DNA of 32,000 bases from NCBI GenBank assembly GCA_045568075.1, contig JBJLBP010000001.1, positions 990,001 through 1,022,000 of the forward strand. The letters are read 5' to 3'. Of this stretch, positions 25,225-32,000 are shown one piece after another (the stretch's first letter is position 1; the number at the start of each line of letters is the position of its first letter). Below the pieces are notes generated by a model that made no database searches, was not told the DNA's origin, and saw nothing but the letters and a program-made list of their open reading frames with translations. A program made the position numbers and the translations under genes. The DNA is from Candidatus Thalassarchaeaceae archaeon. GTDB taxonomy: Archaea > Thermoplasmatota > Poseidoniia > Poseidoniales > Thalassarchaeaceae.

Positions 25225-26195
25225 CCAATCAACTCCGAAGTTAATGCAGCCAGAAGAGTCGATTGGAGTTCTACTGGATGACACTGTCCTGACCAGCCTG
25301 CAGCACCTGGATGACCACCGCCTTCGCCACCTAAACGACCAGCGACGGTTTTCATCACAGAACCGATATCGGCCCCTTTCTGAGTCCCTGTCCTACTGGC
25401 TCGGCCGGTGACTCTGAGGCCATCTGGTGTTTTCTTGTGGACTAAGGCGACATGAGCACCGGATGCGAGTAATGCGTGAGCAACTACACCTTCGTGTGTG
25501 CTAGCTCGCGTTGTTGCCACTACCAAATCTCCGATTTGATGTGATTCACAGCGACCTACTGCCTTGAGAATTGCAATGCGCTGTGAATGGCTGAGGTCTT
25601 CAGATTCCATCTTCTCGATTACATCGACAGGGTCGATGCCTGATACTTCGCTGATTTCATCGACCCGGCGATGGCATCCTGCACGTGAATGCTTGAAGCG
25701 ACCAGTGTCCGAAATGATTGCTGCGAGAAGAAGAGTAGCATCCTCAGCAGAACAGACAAGGTCAGTGTCTCTAATCCAAGCCCAAACCATCTCAGCGGTG
25801 GAAGATACATCGCCTCGCAGTATCAACGCATCTTCTGGCCATGGGTCAGAAGCAGATGAATGATGATCGACCACACATAGTGGCACATCGGGAAGAGTGA
25901 ACCCGACTTGACTTGGCGATGCACAATCAACCACGATGATTCCCCCCAAACTACGTGGGAAAGCAGGGCGGTCAGCATCTATTTGCATGAAATCGAATGA
26001 ATACCCGTCTAGCATCCTGCGCGCTAGTGTACCAATATACAATCCACAGGCTCGAGCATTTTCAATTCCCCTCGCTAGGACGATTCCTGAACCGATTGTA
26101 TCCATATCGCCGTTTCGATGAGTAACGACGGCAATAGCGCCGCGTTTTGCTGCTGAATCGACCCACTCAGTGAGCGGTGTCATATCGAGTTGCAT
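25221..26195 (-). CDS. DHH/DHHA1 phosphoesterase (NrnA / small archaeal RecJ-like)
   Basis: Motifs HRNGDMDTIGS, VVDCA, VVDHH, ISDTGRF and the DHHA1 motif GGGHPGAAG are present. Confidence 0.8.
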   Translation of the reverse strand: MQLDMTPLTEWVDSAAKRGAIAVVTHRNGDMDTIGSGIVLARGIENARACGLYIGTLARRMLDGYSFDFMQIDADRPAFPRSLGGIIVVDCASPSQVGFTLPDVPLCVVDHHSSASDPWPEDALILRGDVSSTAEMVWAWIRDTDLVCSAEDATLLLAAIISDTGRFKHSRAGCHRRVDEISEVSGIDPVDVIEKMESEDLSHSQRIAILKAVGRCESHQIGDLVVATTRASTHEGVVAHALLASGAHVALVHKKTPDGLRVTGRASRTGTQKGADIGSVMKTVAGRLGGEGGGHPGAAGWSGQCHPVELQSTLLAALTSELIG

Positions 26196-26203
26196 CTAAT
26201 CCC

Positions 26204-26533
26204 TCAATCATCCAGAGATTCAACAGCTTCGGAGTACTGAGATCTAATTTCAGATTCACGCGCGCTGAGCGTCTTGAGATGAGATTCTATGGTTTCACGC
26301 GATGATTCAAGGTCCGAAGTTAGTGTCGCGCGATCATCGACTTCGAGTAAAATGCCACCGAGAGCCCGGTAAACTGAGCGTTCGGGGTCTTGAGAAGCCA
26401 GAGCTTCAATTGTTAGTGAAATCTCATTCAGTTGACTGGTCAGTGATTGTATCTGACCACGAACCATCTGTAGTTCTTGCACGAGGCTCTGAATTTGCTG
26501 TTGGTCGACCATGTTCCCACCCCGCTGTCTCAA
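26204..26533 (-). CDS. pfdB: Prefoldin beta subunit
   Basis: Coiled coil, beta hairpin, coiled coil layout: QQIQSLVQELQ...YRALGGILLEVD...LKTLSARESEIRSQY. This is the canonical position in the exosome superoperon. The start is either 26533 or ATG 26512. Confidence 0.8.
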   Translation of the reverse strand: MRQRGGNMVDQQQIQSLVQELQMVRGQIQSLTSQLNEISLTIEALASQDPERSVYRALGGILLEVDDRATLTSDLESSRETIESHLKTLSARESEIRSQYSEAVESLDD

Positions 26534-26757
26534 TCGAGCGTTTTCAATGCCTCGTCGGCTGCTGCAAGCCCTCGCATCACTGTATTCCAGCGTGCACGCA
26601 TGTCCACAAAGACTGCTTCGGACTCCTGCACAACGATTGTATCAGTATCACGACTGACCTCAGCCTCTGTGATTAGAGAAGCCTCCAAGGCTTCGGCAAA
26701 TCGGCTTTTGACCTTCAAGGTGAGCTGGATAGCTTCACTCTTCTTCGCCGCTGACAT
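26530..26757 (-). CDS. pcc1: Pcc1-like KEOPS subunit (small protein of the exosome superoperon)
   Basis: IQLTLKVKSRFAEALEASLITEAEV...VFVDMRARWNTVMRGL fits the Pcc1 pattern (beta-alpha ... D..LRA..NS.lR). The start is set at ATG 26757. It overlaps the L37ae 3' end by 23 nt and pfdB by ATGA. Confidence 0.55.
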   Translation of the reverse strand: MSAAKKSEAIQLTLKVKSRFAEALEASLITEAEVSRDTDTIVVQESEAVFVDMRARWNTVMRGLAAADEALKTLD

Positions 26758-27103
26758 CCATCTCACCAGCCGCAAGCTTGCGCTCATAATCGAGAGCGGC
26801 CTGCTGAGCAATGACGGTCATGTCAGTCGCCGTAGCGCCTTCCATACCGCGACGGATGACGCGTGAATTCGCGTCTGTGGCGCGGGTGAATGGCTCCCAA
26901 ACTCCGCCAGAGAATGTGTGTGAGCACTTCTTGCACTCCCAAATCCCAGCCACCTTACGTGTGACTTTCTGGTATTGGCAGACAGGACAAGTGTACTTAC
27001 GCGACTTCTTCTTGAGGGCTGAGCCAGCACGGCGACGAACACTAACACCGTATCGTGGACCGAACTTGGCGGTTGCACCCGCCTTCTGTGTTCTCTTTGC
27101 CAT
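26735..27103 (-). CDS. rpl37ae: 50S ribosomal protein L37Ae (eL43) with a C-terminal extension
   Basis: MAKRTQKAGATAKFGPRYG and the zinc ribbon CPVC...CKKC are present. About 30 extra C-terminal residues end in GEEE. Confidence 0.9.
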   Translation of the reverse strand: MAKRTQKAGATAKFGPRYGVSVRRRAGSALKKKSRKYTCPVCQYQKVTRKVAGIWECKKCSHTFSGGVWEPFTRATDANSRVIRRGMEGATATDMTVIAQQAALDYERKLAAGEMDVSGEEE

Positions 27104-27104
27104 A

Positions 27105-27899
27105 TCACTCACCTTCCAGTTTTTCATCGATTAGATCGCGGAGTTCGGCGCACCTCGAGCGTGCCTGATCCATAATCTCAGCGAATTCGGCGGCCGTGAA
27201 GATTCCCTTTAGACCCTTCTGCAATGAATGAACGTGGTCATCATCACCAAGGGTGATGTGAATTCGCTCATCGCCTCCAAGCTCTTCTCTCTTGTCAGCA
27301 TCGTAAACGAAGCGACCTCCGACCTTGTGATATGAACACATGACTGGAGTCTTTGCGACACCGAGTGGTCGATCCTCACCAACACCGAATCGCTCAGCAG
27401 GGACTACTGCACTCTTCAGAGCGGCGATACCAGCCAGAGCGAAAGCATCGAACAAATTTCCATCGTCAGATATTGCGAATAAGTCGAGAATAACCTGCCA
27501 GGCTTTCTCGCCTGGAATCAAACACAAATCCTCTGTGTTAATGCAACCTGACTCGCGGATTCCGCGGTCGACAACACGCCCTAATTCGATTGATTCGGGG
27601 CTTGGTGGACCTGGTTCCCAGTTTCGTCCTGCAACTGGACGAACTTCGGCGCTGCACATCAAACCACCTTGGTTAGGTCGGTCTGGGTATGGAGTCATGA
27701 TCTGGAACTTGACACCAGCGTAAACGATGGTGTCACCCATACGTACCATGGCAGAACCCTCTGCGCGTTGCAGACAGTTGATCTCGAGTTCAGTGTCACG
27801 GCCAGCAAAGCGACCGCGACCGTCGTGACGCTGATCTTCAGCGGCAAGTTCGGCGAGATGAGCGCGTAGGAGTTTCGGGACAAGTGGGATAGCCATCAC
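27105..27899 (-). CDS. rrp42: Exosome complex subunit Rrp42 (RNase PH-like, inactive)
   Basis: RNase PH fold sequence (RHDGRGRFAGRD, GSAMVRMGDTIVYAGV) in the position after rrp41. There is an ATGA overlap with rrp41. Confidence 0.9.
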   Translation of the reverse strand: MMAIPLVPKLLRAHLAELAAEDQRHDGRGRFAGRDTELEINCLQRAEGSAMVRMGDTIVYAGVKFQIMTPYPDRPNQGGLMCSAEVRPVAGRNWEPGPPSPESIELGRVVDRGIRESGCINTEDLCLIPGEKAWQVILDLFAISDDGNLFDAFALAGIAALKSAVVPAERFGVGEDRPLGVAKTPVMCSYHKVGGRFVYDADKREELGGDERIHITLGDDDHVHSLQKGLKGIFTAAEFAEIMDQARSRCAELRDLIDEKLEGE

Positions 27900-28615
27900 T
27901 CATCACCTCCTCTGAGAGCGCGAACCATCTCGGCGTGAATCACCTTAGCGGCTTCCATATTGTAATCCCAAGCTTCCTGGAATTGATCCGGCGAAAGATC
28001 GCCGTCCATCTGCAAGAAGACAAGTTCTCCGGAGTTAGGTAGGATTCCCATTGGAAGGTCTGCCTCACCGTAATTGTCCTCTTCTTTGTTCAGATCGCAG
28101 ACCACGATATCGTGGACCTTCCCGCTGGCAACTGAGACTACCATGTCGCTCATTGGGATTCCAGCGTGTGCAAGAGCGACAGATGCCGCTGTGATTCCTG
28201 CGCAGCGAGTACCTGCCTCAGCGCAGATGATCTCGATTTCGACGCGGATCTTGCTGCGTGGGTAGAGTTCAGTCAGCACTACGCTCTCGAGCGCTTCAGC
28301 CGTAACCTTGGAAATTTCACGGCTTCGGCGATTAAATCCTGGACGAATCCTGTCTGTTGTTGAGAAAGGCGCCATATTGTAGCGCACATCAAGCACAGCA
28401 CGGTCTTGGCGCTGAATCTTACGAGGGTGAGCTTCCATAGGTCCGTAAACTGCTGCAATGACATCGTTCAGACCCCATGTCATTCGAGCCGAGCCATCGG
28501 CGACTGGAACTACTCCAGTCTCAATGTGTACTGGTCGAACCTCATCCTTGGTCCTACCATCTAAGCGAATTCCATTCTCATCTATGCACTGCACATCTCC
28601 GTATCCGCCCATCAA
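27896..28615 (-). CDS. rrp41: Exosome complex exonuclease Rrp41 (RNase PH-like, catalytic)
   Basis: RLDGRTKDEVRPV, ADGSARMTWG and RRSREISKV, with a phosphate-binding region, are present. There is an ATGA overlap with rrp4. Confidence 0.9.
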   Translation of the reverse strand: MMGGYGDVQCIDENGIRLDGRTKDEVRPVHIETGVVPVADGSARMTWGLNDVIAAVYGPMEAHPRKIQRQDRAVLDVRYNMAPFSTTDRIRPGFNRRSREISKVTAEALESVVLTELYPRSKIRVEIEIICAEAGTRCAGITAASVALAHAGIPMSDMVVSVASGKVHDIVVCDLNKEEDNYGEADLPMGILPNSGELVFLQMDGDLSPDQFQEAWDYNMEAAKVIHAEMVRALRGGDE

Positions 28616-29322
28616 GCATCACCTCTGTATTCCTCTACTTTCGCTTCTGTGAGAAGCGCGTTGAGTCTGTCACGAGCATCGATGATACCACTTAGGTCAC
28701 CATCGAGCCATACCCGGCCATTATCGCCGGCTACGACACGGCATTCCGTGTCTTCCTTGAGTTGGCGGAGGTTATTGCCTCCGCGACCGATAAGTCGGCC
28801 AAGCAGGTGAGGATCAATGTCCTCCACGCTGCCGGAGCGAATTGCACGCAGACCCATTCCTTTCATCGTCACGACGCTCGAATGATTCTCTTCGACCTCT
28901 TGTACTCGACAAAGGATTGCGTCACCGATGTCGAGGACCTTTCTGATACCACCAAACTCAGCCTTGGATGGTCCGAGGCTCATTGGTAGAATCGCGTTGA
29001 ACGGGGCACCAATGTCGATGAACCAGATATTGCTGGTGCACCCCTCGATGTATCCGATCACGAGATCGCTTGGCCGCGGCACGTATGCGGTGCGTCGCGG
29101 CTCGACCGAGACAGTACCGTCTCGATTACTCATTCTTCCTTGCTTCAATGCACGAAGCCGACCATCGATGGCGAGAACGCCATGCCCGGCTTCGAGCTCC
29201 CCAGAATCACCCAGGTCATCCCCGGGAGCGACAAGCAGGGGTGCTTGTCGAGATCCGCGCGGTCCGCCCGCGCCCTTGTCTCCACTCATGTTATCGAGCC
29301 GCGCGACCGACCTCCCCTTCAT
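28612..29322 (-). CDS. rrp4: Exosome RNA-binding subunit Rrp4 (N-terminal domain, S1, KH)
   Basis: The S1-like segment is VAPGDDLG...YVPRPSDLVIGYIEGCTSNIWFIDIG, and the KH segment is LIGRGGNNLRQLKEDTECRV. The alternative start ATG 29289 is arguably better; see the findings. Confidence 0.9.
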   Translation of the reverse strand: MKGRSVARLDNMSGDKGAGGPRGSRQAPLLVAPGDDLGDSGELEAGHGVLAIDGRLRALKQGRMSNRDGTVSVEPRRTAYVPRPSDLVIGYIEGCTSNIWFIDIGAPFNAILPMSLGPSKAEFGGIRKVLDIGDAILCRVQEVEENHSSVVTMKGMGLRAIRSGSVEDIDPHLLGRLIGRGGNNLRQLKEDTECRVVAGDNGRVWLDGDLSGIIDARDRLNALLTEAKVEEYRGDA

Positions 29323-29391
29323 AACCGTATATGCTCACACCTACGGTGTGTGAAGAGTCACTATGCAGAAGTGTGCTTACGACTCGTCGAT

Positions 29392-30081
29392 TTAGTCCAA
29401 CTCTCTAACATCAAGGCCTGAACTGCGCTTGGAAACGCGGCTGATTAAGTCTGATTTCATGCCACCCGGACACTCTACTACACATACCCAAGAACCGTCG
29501 GAAAGCCACTCTTCTTTCTGTATGGAATCACGCAATAACTGATTGACTCCGCCGTAATCCTTACCTTGAATGCGGAATGCCAAGCGTACTGTGATGAATT
29601 GCAGCGGAATCAACGCTCTAATGGCATCAACAGCATCCTGAACCTGGCGCTCAACGGAGAGGAATGGATCAACGCTGAATCGAGCTTCTGAGAGGGCATT
29701 TTCGATACGTGTAGGAGGGTGGGGGCCACGTGTTTTCGGGTCAGTCGCCGTAGTCGCGATGGCATGGATAATCTGCTTGCGCTTATCATCAACCATTTTC
29801 TTCCGCTGAGCGGTGGTCAACTGAATGCTTCCATCGATAAGAATACGCTCGACGCAGGAATGGAGATCTGTGGTCCCGAATATATTCTCGAGCGCGTCTG
29901 AGGTCGGCCGATCGCCGGCTTTGACATCAGACCAAACCTCATCTGTGGCTAACATATCCTCAAACGAGACCTGTTCTGGATTTATTTTCCACTCTGCAAC
30001 AAGGTCGGGGTCGACAAGAATCTCGTAGCGATTACCACCTTTTTCGAGGCGAGCGATGACCGCATCATCGAGACTTACCAT
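29392..30081 (-). CDS. sdo1: SBDS/Sdo1 family ribosome maturation protein
   Basis: ARLEKGGNRYEILVDPD and the three-domain length match the family. This is the canonical position between psmA and rrp4. Confidence 0.9.
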   Translation of the reverse strand: MVSLDDAVIARLEKGGNRYEILVDPDLVAEWKINPEQVSFEDMLATDEVWSDVKAGDRPTSDALENIFGTTDLHSCVERILIDGSIQLTTAQRKKMVDDKRKQIIHAIATTATDPKTRGPHPPTRIENALSEARFSVDPFLSVERQVQDAVDAIRALIPLQFITVRLAFRIQGKDYGGVNQLLRDSIQKEEWLSDGSWVCVVECPGGMKSDLISRVSKRSSGLDVRELD

Positions 30082-30132
30082 GAATCGTCAGATTCGGCCC
30101 AGCCCTTAGAGCAATCGGGGGCGCAATCGGAC

Positions 30133-30843
30133 TCAATTGAGCTTGTCAAGATGCTTCAGAGTATCTTCGCGGCTCATCTTTTTGTAGCCACTACCATTGA
30201 CAATTGCAATTTCCACGGCTTCTCGATTGAGATCTTCATCAATTGATTCTCGAAGAGCTTCAAGACCAAGCTTGATTGCTGCATTTTGAGTCATATTCGA
30301 CTTCCAGTTTGCTTCAAAGTGGTCGATTACAGACGCTCGTCCTCGACCAATAGCACCAGCATGATATGACTGGTAAGCTCCACTAGGGTCTGTCTCAAAG
30401 AGATGCACACCCTCAGCATCCACTCCAGCGATTAACAAGGCAGTGCCAAAGGGCCTAGCCCCTCCATATTGTGTGAAAGATTGCATGTAGTCACACATTT
30501 TCTTTACCAGAGTGGTGACTGGAATAGCATCGCCATAGGTCATCCTGTTGACTTGGCATTGAACGCGAGCACGATCGACGAGTTGCCTCGCGTCGGCCAC
30601 GAGTCCAGAAGTAGTGAATCCGACGTGGCCGTCAATCTGATACATCTTCTCGATTGAATCGATAATAACCAACTTGCTCGAAATCCTCTTGTCGACGATA
30701 AGAACGACTCCATCGCGGAACTTGAGCCCGACCGTAGTCGTCCCACGTTTCACCGATTCTCGAGCATACTCGACTTGGTACAATCGTCCGTCTGGCGAGA
30801 AGGTCGAAACCCCATGGTCATATCCACGTCCGCTTGGCTGCAT
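30133..30843 (-). CDS. psmA: Proteasome alpha subunit
   Basis: GYDHGVSTFSPDGRLYQVEYA is the alpha-subunit signature. Confidence 0.95.
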   Translation of the reverse strand: MQPSGRGYDHGVSTFSPDGRLYQVEYARESVKRGTTTVGLKFRDGVVLIVDKRISSKLVIIDSIEKMYQIDGHVGFTTSGLVADARQLVDRARVQCQVNRMTYGDAIPVTTLVKKMCDYMQSFTQYGGARPFGTALLIAGVDAEGVHLFETDPSGAYQSYHAGAIGRGRASVIDHFEANWKSNMTQNAAIKLGLEALRESIDEDLNREAVEIAIVNGSGYKKMSREDTLKHLDKLN

Positions 30844-30869
30844 GGCTAACGCAGATAGTCCCGCGCCGG

Positions 30870-30880
30870 CCTCTTATCAA
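30870..30880 (-). promoter_or_regulatory. TATA-like element TTGATAAGAGG upstream of psmA (start of the exosome/proteasome superoperon)
   Basis: It lies 37 nt upstream of ATG 30843, the same offset class as the TTATATGGG boxes. Confidence 0.3.
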
Positions 30881-30945
30881 CCTTGGTCGCGGTCCCTTCT
30901 CGCTTGGTCCGGAAAGGTTGGGATGCGAGATTGCGGGATGTTAGG

Positions 30946-30960
30946 CTATACTCAGTATAG
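30946..30960. promoter_or_regulatory. Palindrome CTATAC-TCA-GTATAG in the psmA/dph6 divergent spacer
   Basis: 6-bp arms with a 3-nt spacer, presenting a TATA-like core on both strands, in the largest intergenic region of the window (170 bp). Confidence 0.3.
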
Positions 30961-31013
30961 AGAACACCATTGCCGCGGGTGAAATTGATGGGTGCGAGGC
31001 CTTCCGCTGAGTC

Positions 31014-31772
31014 ATGCGCGTTGCAGTCCTATCTTCAGCAGGGAAGGACTCAACCTACGCCTGTTGGTGGGCGTTGATGCAAGGCTGGTCAGTCGAATCA
31101 CTTGTCACCGTGCATGTCACTTCAGATGATTCGATGATGTTTCAACTGCCGAATACTTCCCTAGCTGGATTACAGGCAGCCTCGATGGGAGTCCCTTGGC
31201 TACCAGTTCTTTCGGAGGGTGTTGAAGAATCTGAAATCGATGACCTAGAGGCTGCCATCCGAGGTAGATGCGATGTTTCTAATGCATACGCGCAGGTACG
31301 CGAGGACTCGCCAGCAGTCAATTTCCCAGAAGAGTTGGTTTTGCAAGATGGATCTTTGGAAGTCGATGCATTAGTCGTCGGAGCACTACGGTCTGATTAC
31401 CAGAAAACACGCATCGAGCGAATGTGTGAGCGGTTAGGTTTGATTTCTTACTGTCCACTCTGGCATCATTCACCAGAAGAACACATGCAATCGCTAGTCG
31501 ATCATGGATTCGATGTCAGAATTGTATCGGTTTCAACAGATGGACTTGGAGAAGAATGGTTGGGTGTCAAATTGGACGAACAGAGCCTTTCGAAACTATC
31601 TCTCGCTGCAAAGCGTAATCGATTCAACTTAGATGGCGAAGGAGGCGAATTCGAAACTATTGTTGTCGGTGCACCTCACCTCCGACATACCTTGGATATC
31701 ACAGGCCGCCCGCAATGGTCTGGCAGAAGGGGTGTGTGGATACTCGATAGCGCTGCATTAGCCGCTCAGTGA
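31014..31772 (+). CDS. dph6: Diphthine-ammonia ligase-like PP-loop ATPase (Dph6 / MJ0570 family)
   Basis: The N-terminal VAVLSSAGKDS is PP-loop-like. GALRSDYQKTRIERMCERLGL and GEGGEFETIVV are typical of the family. Confidence 0.75.
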   Translation: MRVAVLSSAGKDSTYACWWALMQGWSVESLVTVHVTSDDSMMFQLPNTSLAGLQAASMGVPWLPVLSEGVEESEIDDLEAAIRGRCDVSNAYAQVREDSPAVNFPEELVLQDGSLEVDALVVGALRSDYQKTRIERMCERLGLISYCPLWHHSPEEHMQSLVDHGFDVRIVSVSTDGLGEEWLGVKLDEQSLSKLSLAAKRNRFNLDGEGGEFETIVVGAPHLRHTLDITGRPQWSGRRGVWILDSAALAAQ

Positions 31773-31845
31773 TGCTTTTCGCCTCTTATCTATCATCCGC
31801 TAGCCTCAAGGGGGGGCGTCAAGTCGACGGCACACGGGGAACGTA

Positions 31846-32000
31846 GTGTCTGTATCACCACTGGATTACCGTTACGGCCGACCTGAAGCTAAAGACATCT
31901 GGTCTAGAGAGGGGCGGCATACTCGACAATTGGATGTTGAGCGCGCCCTAGTTTGGGCTCATTGTCAGCTCGGGCGCGTGAGTGCGGAGCATTACGATAA
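31846..32000 (+). CDS. purB: Adenylosuccinate lyase, N-terminal fragment (3' end outside the window)
   Basis: My own translation from GTG 31846 is VSVSPLDYRYGRPEAKDIWSREGRHTRQLDVERALVWAHCQLGRVSAEHYD. It matches the PurB N-terminus pattern P.DyRYG..e...iws.e.r...L.VE.AL. The frame opens after a TAG at 31801. Confidence 0.6.
   Translation, partial: MSVSPLDYRYGRPEAKDIWSREGRHTRQLDVERALVWAHCQLGRVSAEHYD

Noticed and set aside
29229-29250. Perfect 9-bp-arm hairpin CGACAAGCA-GGGG-TGCTTGTCG.
   Set aside because: It lies inside the rrp4 coding region (codons about 25-32). About one such perfect 9-bp stem is expected by chance in 32 kb, so without conservation data it is not significant.
30930-31005. 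Possible tRNA or small RNA suggested by the D-arm-like TATACTCAGTATAGAG and GC-rich flanks.
   Set aside because: I could not build an acceptor stem, an anticodon arm or a GTTCRAAT-type T-loop on either strand, so it does not fold as a cloverleaf. It is kept only as part of the intergenic-region finding.
1-32000. Search for CRISPR arrays, transposases, integrases, toxin-antitoxin or other defence-island signatures, and for rRNA or tRNA genes.
   Set aside because: I found no spaced direct repeats, no recombinase or transposase-like ORFs, no compositional break, and no RNA gene signatures. The window is core housekeeping sequence, so a hidden defence or mobile system is not supported.

Overview
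Archaeal chromosomal segment. It is very gene-dense: I call 38 protein genes, two of them cut by the window edges, and my hand tally of the gaps gives only about 1.5 kb of intergenic sequence. I found no rRNA, tRNA, CRISPR array, transposase, integrase or obvious defence island. The content is mostly housekeeping.

- Left end: a DNA primase PriS operon carrying two unusual downstream genes.
- 3.9-7.3 kb: a convergent futalosine-type menaquinone cluster (MqnD-like, MqnA-like, one MqnC/E radical SAM enzyme). A half-length homolog of eukaryotic deoxyhypusine hydroxylase is embedded in it.
- 7.4-15 kb: split transketolase, archaeal-type ProRS, CoaBC, a bacterial-type thiolase and KptA/Tpt1.
- 15.5-18 kb: a compact isoprenoid module. 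Isopentenyl phosphate kinase is followed by a single ORF fusing type-1 IPP isomerase to a GGPP-type prenyl synthase.
- 18-21.5 kb: the S12-S7-EF2 str operon.
- 21.6-24.3 kb: a UbiD-TPR-Nudix operon.
- 24.3-30.8 kb: a long minus-strand exosome/proteasome superoperon (PsmA, SBDS, Rrp4, Rrp41, Rrp42, L37ae, Pcc1-like, prefoldin beta). It continues without a break into a DHH phosphoesterase and an unknown helical protein.
- Right end: a Dph6-like diphthine-ammonia ligase and the start of purB.

The mix of archaeal information-processing genes with a bacterial-like thiolase, futalosine genes, an acidic proteome and extreme compaction suggests an uncultivated planktonic euryarchaeon of the Marine Group II type. 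That assignment is inference only.

I do not see a clear-cut novel multi-gene system. The candidates most worth following up are the half-size DOHH homolog, the IDI-GGPPS fusion, the acidic polyproline protein plus Lys-rich RDD membrane protein pair behind priS, and the DHH plus unknown-partner extension of the exosome operon.
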